Source of the DNA: Macrostomum lignano
Taxonomy: Eukaryota
NCBI GenBank assembly: GCA_002269645.1
Contig: NIVC01001946.1
Span: 1-64,000, forward strand
DNA length: 64,000 bases
Direction: 5' to 3'
Positions 48,615 to 59,409 of the stretch are shown here, piece after piece (within the stretch, counting starts at the first letter, position 1; the number at the start of each line of letters is the position of its first letter). The position numbers and the translations under genes were made by a program. The notes under the pieces are model-generated. The model was given only the letters and a program-made list of their open reading frames with translations, was not told where the DNA came from and made no database searches.

Positions 48615-48657
48615 ACTGCTAACGTGTTTCGTCCAAAGCGGACATCTTCAGGGCAAA
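48615..48657 (-). ncRNA. Minimal type I hammerhead ribozyme motif (left arm of the PLE)
   Basis: Minus strand: tttgcc CTGAAGA t gtcc-gcttt-ggac GAAA c ac gtt agcag. Perfect 4-bp stem II, GUU triplet, one mismatch at the base of stem I. Confidence 0.65.
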
Positions 48658-49364
48658 CGAACCATCAAAAACACAAACGAGAATGTATTTAAATTAAATC
48701 GAAAAATATTGAGTGAACAAAAAACAGAAAGAACAAAAAAAATGTACATGCTATAAACTTTTAATTACCAAACCAATCAGTTAAAAGGGTGCACCCACCT
48801 CACTACCGCGCACAATGAGATCAAAAAATTCTGAGTTGTTGCTCTATACCTTTACTCACAAGCTGAACATTTAAGCTAGGATTGTATTTCCTAATATACA
48901 TAGCCTCCAACAATTTTAGTTTTCTATCATTGTTACATCCATCCATCACCTTGAACAACTGCATAGGCTCACAGTCACAACACGCCTTGCACATGAATAA
49001 GTGGTCTTTAATGGTCGAAGACCCAAGCCAGTGCTCCCTCACCCTCTGGTGCAGATGCCGTTTAGTTCAAGGTGATGGATGGATATAACAATGATAGAAA
49101 ACTAAAATTGTTGGAGGCTACGTACATTAGGAAGTACAATCCTAGCTTAAACATTTAGCTTGTGAGTAAAGGTATAGAGCAACAATTCAGAATTTTTTGA
49201 TCTTGTTGTGTGCGGTGGTGAGGTGGGTGCACCCTCTTAACTGATTGGTTTGGTAGTTAAAAGTTTACAGCATATAAATGTTTTTTCATTCTTTCTGTTT
49301 TTTGTTCACTCAATATTTTTCAATTTAATTTAAATACATTCTCGTTTGTGTTTTCGATGGTTTG

Positions 49365-49407
49365 TTTGCCCTGAAGATGTCTGCTTTGGACGAAACGCAT
49401 CGGCAGT
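49365..49407 (+). ncRNA. Minimal type I hammerhead ribozyme motif (right arm of the PLE)
   Basis: ttgcc (49366-49370) CTGAAGA (49371-49377) t gtct-gcttt-ggac GAAA (49392-49395) cgc ATC | ggcag. Stem I pairs fully (ttgcc/ggcag). Predicted cleavage after 49401. Confidence 0.7.
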
Positions 49408-50180
49408 TTAAATAGATTAAATGTTTGTGTTGACATTTGCTCTTTAACTACAGATATGCCTATAGTAGATAGCTACGCTTATGGCTATGACTATGAAAAT
49501 ATAGTAGCTGTTGTTGCATTTTATAGATTTTTATAGCCATAGGCCTAGAGTTAATAATTAAAAAAAAACAAAATATTAAAAATAGGTAGAGACAGTAGAG
49601 TAAAACAAAGATACTTTGGTAGATTGTATTATAGACTAGGTTTTTTAAGTTGGAAATCTAGTTACCAGCTAGCCCTTAGGGCTCAAAATCTAGTTGCCAA
49701 TGTTTATTTTTGGTTGCACATTAGCAATTAGCTAAATTATGAAAGATAGATATTTCTAAAACTGCACTTGAAAAGTAGAAATTTGTTCCCTCAACTCTTG
49801 TCTAAGATTGCTATCTATGCTGCAAACAATAACAAACTAATAATTCTATCATATTGATTCATATAGCACTTTTATTATACTTGTAAAATTATTTCATAAA
49901 ATTGGAAACTAGCATGAGGAAAATGAATTTGTCAGATTGGCCTCTAATGCTAAAAATCTAGTTGCCAATAAGATTTTCAAGTATAAGGGGCTAAAAAAAC
50001 CCTATATATGGCCCAAAAAACTTAAATTTTAGACTTAGACTTTAGATTTTGATTTAGTTTAGACTTTTAGACTTACAAACTTATAAATTAGGCCTATACC
50101 TAATAAAGTACCTACAATAAAACATTAGCAAAATCAAACTTTAAATAATGTGAAAAAGTTTAGCATTAGTACTTTCAGTA

Positions 50181-50711
50181 GGCCCCTAGCCCACACTCCA
50201 GATAATGTAATATATGCCCAAAAATTGGGGCATGCATTGGCCTTGCACGCCAAAATTAAGGGTGCGGTGCACAATTGACATGCATCACTCCTGAGAAAAT
50301 AGTATACATGTATATTTGGCACACACTTTATAGGGCTTAGAATCATGCATAAGAGTTATTGTGAAGCTGAAAAAAGATGAAAAAAGTTCATTTTTAAGCA
50401 CAAATTTCAAGCTTTCTAGTTTTTCAAGCTTGTAACAGAGCATTTAAACAAATCTTTGCATGTACAAATTTTTCACTGTTAATAGTATCACCAAAAAAGC
50501 ATGAAAAGCAACCAAATTATCTAGTAATAAGGGTCTATTACATAATTTAAAAAAAGGTATTTTATTGTCTCAATGTAAAAAAAGGTTATTTATTGTCGCA
50601 ACATTAGCATATTTTTTAGAATGGGCGCACACTACATTTTTTTCGGTGTGCATTTGTAATTATTCAATTTTTGTTTGGGTGTGCACCCAGCATGATCTGG
50701 ACTAGGGGGCC
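50181..50711. mobile_element. Possible MITE with TA flanks
   Basis: TA|ggcccctag ... ctagggggcc|TA, an imperfect ~10-bp inverted repeat around an AT-rich interior. Confidence 0.35.
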
Positions 50712-51006
50712 TATGGCCCCTAGCAATTAAGTATTATTACTCAATACTCTGTAAAAAGGATAAAATATAGGCCTAATTTTACAAAGGCAATCAAGTGTTT
50801 GTTTTATTTTCAGCCTTAATTTGCAGATGTTTAAGCACCAGGTTATCTTTTGGATTCAAAATATTTTGTTTCCTAGCTAGACTTTTTGTTAAAACTATGG
50901 TATGGCTACAACAGCTACAAATAGGAACTAGGCCTATAAGAATATGGTAATATTGGGGTCCTTATATAAGAAAATATGGAGCATTGCCATTATATGATCA
51001 TTGCAT

Positions 51007-51237
51007 GACTAAGACCGCCACACACCAAGACCACCACAGCTATTACTGGCTACTGGTATTGAGGGGGAGCTACCAATCTTAATCTTCTAGCATTGCTATT
51101 CCTCTCATAGGTTCTTTTCTTGCTGCTGGCTCTCCTACCCACTCATCTCCTCTCTAGCACCATCTAATAACACATAAATTCAAATTTCTCCTTTAGCTCT
51201 CCAAGTGTGGCGGTCTTGGTGTGTGGCGGTCTTGGTC
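51007..51237. mobile_element. Small foldback/MITE-like element with ~30-bp inverted arms built from 16-bp modules
   Basis: gactaagaccgccacacaccaagaccaccaca (51007-51038) versus gtgtggcggtcttggtgtgtggcggtcttggtc (51205-51237). Confidence 0.6.
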
Positions 51238-52334
51238 CGCTACACTTGGAGAGCTCACTATTTTTCCAAGGAGACGACTTCATGTATTTTTCAAAGAAGA
51301 TTTTGAAATACCGTGCCATAGTACTGTTTAAAACAAAATAGCGTACTTAAAAGTCATTCCGGTGTTTTGTCCTGCAGCGGTTGAGCGCAACGCCCGAGTC
51401 TGCTCCGTTTCACTAATAATATATTTGCTAATGCTAAATAGCAATGTTTCAGTTTCGTCTATTGGCCTCATTGTACGGATCGATCGATCGGCCTACATTA
51501 TTATTTCGTGTTATGATATGAGACATTAACGAACTTCTAAAAGCGGAAAGCAAGTCACATATCTATGCACCCAAGAGACTGCCAGATCAGACCTTTTCAG
51601 TGAGTTAAACATCTAAAAAACATTCTACGAAATATTGGTGGACCGGTGGCCGGCCTTGTTTGCATTCAGCACCCCTCGATCGATGCGGCTGCCTTGATGC
51701 GGCATAAGCGACTGAGCATGGGTTTACAAATGTCCCTGAAATCTTGCAGCGGATCATGTCAGGAGTACATACACATGTATGCGTACGAGCGTACTCAGCG
51801 CGTGGTCTTCCCGAAGTCCAGTGGATTCATGATGATGACGTCATCAAATTAAATCTAATTTACGCCGGGACTTTCGACCCCTAATTCCATGCACCAACGT
51901 CCTTATTACTAGAACATCCGTATTAAAACAAAGAATAAGCTAACTAAATCGTTTCAAACCGATTTTGCTCTTTTTTCTTTAACAAAAAATACGGACGTAC
52001 GGTCGGTGGTTGAGAAGCTTTTAGAAACTAGGAGAAACTAATTTGAGAGACTTTTTGGCGTTTTCATCTACGTACGAATATCGATCCTCTATCGCAGTAC
52101 TTTAGCAAGTCATGGTTCAGAAGCCATCTTTTCGCAAATCAAAATTAACTCATTTAACTCAATCAGTTCAAAACCCTTATGATACCATGCAGTTTTTCTA
52201 AGACACCGTGATACCGCGTCGATGTGTATAGTACATGTAGATCCAACACGGATTTTATATGCAGGATTTCTGTCTGTTACTCGGTATCGCTACATGTGTG
52301 TACAGTGTTAGTAGGACATAAATCAAACATACTT

Positions 52335-52643
52335 ATGTACTTATTTTACTTATACTAGCTCACTACTGGCGGGGGGCGCGCAGACGCCGCGATTAGGCCA
52401 TGAGGCCTAGATCGCAACCCCAAGGTAACATGTACATGTAGAGAAACCAAATAGTAGGTTTAGCCCCCGCCAGTAGTAGTCGGCACGTTTGCAGGGGAGA
52501 CATGATCAGCGACCCTCATCAAGGACTTCTCCCTCATCCGTATCTCGGACTAAGGCGCGAAGATCTCTCGGATGTTGTTTGGGGTGGTCAGCTGAAGTAA
52601 GTGCAGAAGATGACGTGATGCTCTGCCGTCTCCTCTCCTATCC

Positions 52644-52678
<35 letters not shown>

Positions 52679-53480
52679 CTAAAAAGTACGCAGCTGATGC
52701 ATGCAAAGGTCACAGAGAGCAGGGTGCGTCAGATGACGCGCCGAAGAGCCTGAGAGCGGGCGAAGTTCGTCCCGTTGGCGATGTCGGGTTCGCTTAGGAA
52801 ACAGTTCACGTATCGATGGGTTTGGGCCTGACCCCGCCTGAACGGGCCCTACAAGGTGAGCAGAGCAGGACGTCCTGAACAAATGAAGTCGCCACCGGCG
52901 CAGAATGATGGACGGGGCGCTGCAGCTTGGCCCGATCGTACAGGGCCTCGGTCCCGACGCTCTCGTCAGCTCGAAAGGCCGCACGGAGAAGACATACTAT
53001 CCCGGTTTGCTATCGAAGACAGTCTATTCCCGGTTAGGAATAGACTTTCTATCCCACAGAAAAGACAGGTGGGAGGGCAACCGGTTTGCAACGAGATATA
53101 TCTGTGAAGGAATCCATAGACGGTTAGAACCAAAGAGTATTGAGGTCGCCTAGTATAGAGTGCCAATAAGGAAGAAAATTTGAAGCCGATTTTTAGAATC
53201 CACCCACCCCCTCTGGTCACCAAGCTTTTTAGTCTATGGCACAAGTTGTGTATCGACCACGGCAACTGAGTCTGGTGACTGAGCGATGTTGCCTTGCTTA
53301 TTTGATACATGCATTTTCTAAGTGTGAAATGTCTTATATTTCTGAGCATCGGCTTTGTACACCATTCTAGCCACAACTAGAGCAGGGCACACTGCTCGAT
53401 CAAAGACACCAGATTTCGGTTTGGAAAACCGAGGTGTTCTGACTGCCGAGGTGCAGAATTTCTTGAAAGTGCTTCGCTCT
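52335..53480 (-). mobile_element. Degenerate non-LTR retrotransposon 3' fragment (copy 1)
   Basis: Minus-strand peptide [28 protein letters not shown] is homologous to the zinc-finger region at ~55375-55455. Its 3' end (taccttggggttgcgat..ggcct..cagtagtgag followed by taagta repeats) matches 55703-55775. Confidence 0.6.
52643..52679. repeat. (CAA)n microsatellite
   Basis: About 12 perfect caa units. Confidence 0.9.
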
Positions 53481-54849
53481 ACCCCCGGTTACACCGCCGG
53501 CTGTTGCAGTTATTCAAATACATTTAGCTTCATTGCCTGATTTCATCTAGAAAGTACCTGAATCAGGTGTTATGCTATATATAGTCTTGCTAATATATGA
53601 CGAATGTATAAGTTAGTCATTGCATTTGAAGTCATTTGTTTTCTGCAATAAAAAATCAATATATTAAGTGTACCTGTTGAGTATTGCAGTTGCAGTTTCA
53701 GTTGAAGTGAGAAACTAATGAGATAAAGACTGCTCCAGTATATTTAATTCCGTATATAATAATTTAGGCTCGAAATGCCGTATATAATATATATCAAACT
53801 AACAAATCGATCAATTTTCAAATACAACGCGTCCGCGTTCACTCAAACTAATGACCTATCTCCAATTTGTCCAATTTTGGGGCGTAAGGATCATTTAGAC
53901 AGGATTGGGCGCACTGTTTCATTAGGGGGCCAGCACTGCATGGCGACTAGTTAGGCGCCAAAACCTGCATTGGAAGGGCTGGTACCCATACTACAGAATA
54001 CACCAGAATGCCTTTTTCGAAACTAGTCCATCGACTTCGGGCTACGTCGGCGAAGTTCAGAAAGTTGCACGGGAATGGTGTGTGCCGCCCTGGCTTCGCT
54101 CTTGCTTACGTAAGTTTTATTTTCACGTTTTATTTTTCATATACTGTATTCGATGCAAGTGTACATGAATGGGCGAATGTACACGCGCACTATAATATCC
54201 ACGTGCTTCGATGTATTTAAGAATCATTTTTCGGATTTTTTTGTACTCAATGGATACCAAGTGAAATTCGGACATATACTAGATGTCCGACAATTCTCGC
54301 GTCCAGTGTGGGAAGGCATCCGAGTTTTAGCCTTTAGGGGTCTGAAGCTCAGCCAATCGCAAAAGAATCGTAGCTTGTTTATAACAAATCAACCGCTGAG
54401 GATCTTTAAAACTCAGCAAATTTGATCCTCACCATTTTTAAATCATTTTTGGCTTGATAACTTCAATGAGGTCAAGTACCTCGGTGTGAGGCACACGCAT
54501 GATCCGGGCTGGACGAAGCACCTTGAAAAAATTAAGAATGAAAACAACTTGCAAGTTTGAAGCAAGAAAGGTACAGCAGAGTTTGTTAGAAAACAGCACA
54601 TTAATAAATGTCACTCCCCTGGCTCGATTCGAGACAGACTGACTACAGGTGCTCCCAGCAACAGTACCGTTGGGAGGTAGTGTAGCGTGCGCAAGTTTTG
54701 CAATCAGCAGATCGGCCACACATGTGACATCTTCCTCTTTGGCTTGCTGAAACTAGGATACAGTGTAGTTCTGACGTGCTCAGCTCTCTGGACAGGCTAG
54801 CTATTGCTCCAGCAGTGCCATTCCAAGTGAGCTCAGAAAAATGGAGCAC

Positions 54850-55792
54850 ATGCCATTGTAGTGGAAAAGTGGAAAAACTTTGCAAAAACACCCCTCGGTT
54901 TTCCAAGCCGACCATATTGAGCAGTGTGCCCAGCACCTGCTTTACAGGCTGATATCAGATATTTCAATATTCATTCATTTTTACGTGGATAGCCAAGCCG
55001 CTATATCAAGGCCTTAACCACCAAAAAAATTACACTGGAACTCTTTTTTAAATGCTACCGCAGTGTGCAGTCTCTCTCAGCCCTTAACAGGATTAGAATC
55101 ACTCGGTGACAGCGATATCCTGGGTAACGAGCTCGCGGATTCCCTTGCCAAGGAGGGAAACAACCCAGACGACAACCACCGTCTGCAGATGAGGCTACCC
55201 ATTCCTAGGTCGCAAATATCCCGCCATATAAGCAGGTTGCTCCGCCAGCAACACCAGTTCCACTGGAACAGTTGTACCGACTACTGGCGGACCCGCTCTG
55301 CAATGCCTGATGTGAACAGGAAAGTATCTGGTTATCTGACCTCGCTTAACAGAACCAACTTCAAAGAGATGTGCATGGTCCTAACCGGCCATGGATTCTT
55401 CCAGAGACATATCTTGTTGCAAACCAGTTGCCCTCTCACCTGTTTTTTTCTGTGGCATAGGAGAGGAGACTGCGAAGCATCACGTCAATTTCTTCCCTTA
55501 CATGTACTTTAATAAGGTGCGGCACAAATACCTCGGCCACCCCCAGCGGATGGACGAGCTGACCACCCCGGACAACATCCGTGACATTCGCGCCTTCGTC
55601 CGAGATACCGACCGGATGAGGGTCGCCGATGTCTATTCAGTGAACCAGCCGGGGGGCTGGGCGCACCCCCAGGGTTAAACTTTGGTTTCTTCTACCTTGA
55701 GGTTGCGATAAGGGCCTCGCGGCCTATTCGCGTGCCTGCGCCGCTCCCCCTCCCACGTCAGTAGTGAGTAAGTAACAAAAAAAGAAAAAAAT
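54850..55792 (+). mobile_element. Degenerate RNase H-containing non-LTR retrotransposon 3' fragment (I/Loa/R1-like; copy 2)
   Basis: RNase H motifs FYVDSQAAI and [12 protein letters not shown], then LTGHGF..C..FCG..EET..H zinc-finger region across frameshifts. Ends gtagtgagtaagtaac plus an A-rich tail. Confidence 0.75.
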
Positions 55793-55954
55793 TGTCATGT
55801 CAACTATAGAACGGTTTTGGCTAAAGCCCCTTGGTGCTAAAGCCCCTTGGTAATAAAGCCCCTTGGTTACCCATTGAAATCAAATTGCGGCCAAAACTGG
55901 AGACGCTTAAGTCAATTTTCTCATTTCCGGCTTCCGTGTCCATTGTCTATGATT

Positions 55955-58532
55955 CCCTAGATGAAATCGTCATGCCATTTCTTAGCAGATCTGTCTGGAG
56001 CTTCTCGCTACGTTCTTGCAAGAACGTAACAGATCTGCACTATTAAAATATATAGGCAGAACTTACAAGATCTGCAGGAAGATCTTGCACGGTCTGCACG
56101 AGCAGATCTTAGGAGATCTGGGCAGATCTTGTAAGATGTATTAAGCTTTACCAATTGAATGCATTGTCCGTCTTATCAAATCTTCCCAGATCTGTTTAGT
56201 AATCCATTTATAAAATCCCAATGCACTAATTTAATTCCAATAAAGAACACGAGTTATGACAGGACTTTCTTATTTGATTCTGCACTTTTAGTATTGTGCT
56301 AGTAAGCTGCCAGAACAAAAGCAAATGTCATTGAACAATCAAAATAAAGTAGACATATTTATTTGTATATTTGATTTGAAAATGTAAACAAATACACATA
56401 TATGCTCATGAAATAAAACTTGTATGCACAAGGGAAATAGCACAAGCAAAAAATAGGTCAACTTCAAAACAAAAGTTAAGCACACATTCAATAGAAAAAA
56501 TACTAATGGTACAATGGACTAATAAAATTAGGGTGAGCAATACTTTTAGAAACTAAAAAATAGAAGCAGAAACATTTGAAAAAAACCAGGTGCATCTTTT
56601 ACTACAATGTACAATTAAATTGGTTTGCAAATAATTGAAACTGAAAGAGTCCAGTACTGAAAGATTTTAAAGTCAATATTGCTAGAAAGCTTACTTTGTT
56701 ATCAATAAAAGTAGGTCTATAAGAGCTCTTAGTAATACTTTAGGGCTCTTTATCATGTTGCATTTTTACTTTAGGCTGGCTTCATTTTTTCTTTTAGCAA
56801 TCATAGGATGCTTGCCACTTTGCCACTTGGTATAAAGACAAGCTTGGAACCCATAAGTAGCGATGCCATATTGACCATGTAAAGTAGCTGCAATGAAAGG
56901 GAAAATTGTAGTAAAGTTCTGGGATTTTAAACATTCAATTCAAAATAACTAAAATATAAAACAAATATAGTTGTTATGTTTTTAAATAGTCAGAGTAATA
57001 ACTTTTGTAAAAGTCCTTTGGTCTAATTAAATTTAGACCTGTTTTTCTTCTATTCTATATTTTTCATATTATTCATCTAGGCCTAGGCCTATCTAGTATA
57101 AATACTTTTAGATTTTGCTATGCCTATCTATATTCTTCAAATAGTAGGTCAAGGCTTAAGATAACTTTCTAACAACCATAAGCCTATATTTAAGCATCTA
57201 GGTTTAATTTTAATTCATAAAAACTATACCCTATATAGCAATTACAATTTTAGTAGAGTAGGGCCTATTTTATTTAAAAATTAAAATGATAAGCCTAGTT
57301 ATAACACTATTTACTAAAAATAGACATTACAGTCTTAACCTAAGTGTTTAAAATCAAGGAGGGATTAAAACCAAGTTTTACAGATATGTCAAACTACCTA
57401 TTTATAAATCTAGATAAGCATATAAAAAAACAGAATAGACCTATTTAATTAAGATTTACTTACTAGCTAGCTAGGTCACTAGAACTAGCCTAGCCCTAGC
57501 CTAGGGGCTAGAACTAGGTATGTATATATAAATATAATATAATGAAATGCAGAAGACTACAAAAAATACTGATCTATGTAACTGAATTTCTGAATTATTA
57601 ATGGATTAATGAATTATTAATGGACAACATCACTACGACACTAGGCCTAGGTCTAGACATGCATTCTATTTCTATTAAAGCATAGAACAAAGTCATAGTC
57701 ATAGGCCTAGGCCTACTCATACTTATAGGCCTGGGAGTAGTAGGAGACAAGCCTAGATATATATATGATATAGATATATAGCATACATTTTATAGTCAGT
57801 CTGTCAATTATGTCAAATTTTTTTTATTGATGACGCGATCTGCTCTTCATTTAAAGCCATGCTAGGCCTATACTCAATCAAAAAAGTTATTATGGCTAAA
57901 AAAGTAAAAAATAGTGATACAACACTATGAAACAATTTAAGGAATTAAAAATTACGTATTCGGCTAAGTCAAAAGAAAGAAAGTCTGCAAGATGGATGGA
58001 TAAATTGCAAGAGCGAGAATTCAAACTATAAGGGTCAACTATGTTCAGAACTGCGGAAAGAATATTTAAACAAATTCATTTACTGTTGGCTGCCAGAAGA
58101 ACAACTAAAATAAATACAAATCATTAAAAAAACGTAATTACTGTTATGTTAAATATTTTGTGGAAAAAAACAATTCAGACACTTTTCAAAACTGGTCTGT
58201 ACAGATCTGCAAGAACTGATCTGACAAGATCCAGCAGAGAAATGTGAAAATATACGAAAGTATTTTTTCTGATATACAGTTGGAAATTTTGTTTTCTCTT
58301 TACCTAATAAGTATTTTCTAAAAATCACGAATGTTTTCTACGTACTAAACAATAAAAAATGGCTTGCAAAGATTTGTAAGATCTTGTAAGACAAAAGCAG
58401 ATACAGATCTGCTAAGAGATTTAAGTAAGAACAGATCTGTTAAGAATGTGTTAACCAAAATTCACAGATCTGCTAAGAAATTTAAGTAAGAACAGATCTG
58501 CCAAGAATGAGTAAACAGAACTTCATCTAGGG
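55955..58532. mobile_element. ~2.6-kb non-autonomous TIR DNA element with AGATCT-rich subterminal regions
   Basis: CCCTAGATGAA (55955-55965) and TTCATCTAGGG (58522-58532) form a perfect 11-bp inverted pair. Many cagatctg/aagatctt motifs within ~250-350 bp of each end. AT-rich interior, no ORF, no clean TSD. Confidence 0.6.
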
Positions 58533-58814
58533 ATGTCTATGGCTTCAAGTCCTTTGACGATCCTGGAGGTGGGCCGGGAGCCGTCGAGTTCCTCACAGTA
58601 TTCGCACTACTTGTTCGTTTTGACTTTCCTGTAGGCAGTTTGGTAGGCTGGGTTTTTGTTGTTTTAGCCAAACTTAGATTCTCTTAGATTTATTCATTTA
58701 CGATAACGTGCAATGCAGTCTCAAGAAAATTGCAACTTTTAAAAACAAATTAAGATCAAGTAGTACAGTACTGTTAGTAGTATTTTTCGCATTTTTCGCA
58801 TATTTTTTGCGTAA

Positions 58815-59230
58815 CCATATACTAAAAATGGTATGTCTGTGTCTATGTGATCGATTAGAGAAAAAATGGCTGGACCGATTTTGTTCGAACTTGCACTGTT
58901 CGATCAGAAATTTTCCCGTGACTGTACATGCATCGTGGCTAAGAAATTGCTCGATGCTAAAAGCATTAAATATTCGAAAAACATGCTTTTTTGCAAAGGT
59001 CAAGCAAACTTTTCGACTTGAAATGTATTTGTAGCTCGTAAGAATGCTAGAGAAAAAAACTGACTGGTTGAATCTGATTCTGAAATAGATTGCATCATAA
59101 CTGAATTGTAACTTCGACTTGAATTGAAAATGCAGTGTGGAAGCGTAGCACCAGACTTGATTTAAATTGCGTAACCATATTGTTAACTGATACTGACTGA
59201 CTGAGAAACTGATTATGTCATAACTGCTTC
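58815..59230 (+). mobile_element. Putative non-autonomous Helitron/HINE-like repeat (family member 3)
   Basis: tactaaaaat..tatgtctgtgtct..ggaccgattttgttcgaactt has the same architecture as 7530 and 10346, and shares actgatactgactgactg with ~8435-8455. Confidence 0.3.
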
Positions 59231-59409
59231 GTGTGATTTACTCTATGCTTGGATTTTAAACTGTTGAATTATATATATATATAAAAGTGCAAAATTTGAT
59301 GATATCAAAACGATGAGAGCTAGCCTAGAGGTGAACAAATTGAACTGCTAAATGCAGCGACGATGGTTCGAATTTTCATAGTGTATAATTTTTTTAATTA
59401 AAGCTTTTC

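Larger units (their letters stand above)
48545..49445 (-). mobile_element. 5'-truncated Penelope-like element with inverted pseudo-LTR arms
   Basis: 12-bp TSD aactacagatat (48533-48544 and 49446-49457). About 380-bp inverted arms at 48578-48956 and 49065-49445, plus a 33-bp unpaired tail (48545-48577). ORF 49042-48821 encodes a GIY-YIG C-terminus (REH..KLLEAMYIRKYNPSLNVQ..QLRIF). Confidence 0.88.

Noticed and set aside
56700-56890. Exon-like segment inside the TIR element (minus strand, acceptor ttcattgcag)
   Set aside because: All three frames close within ~40 codons and none has a motif I recognise.
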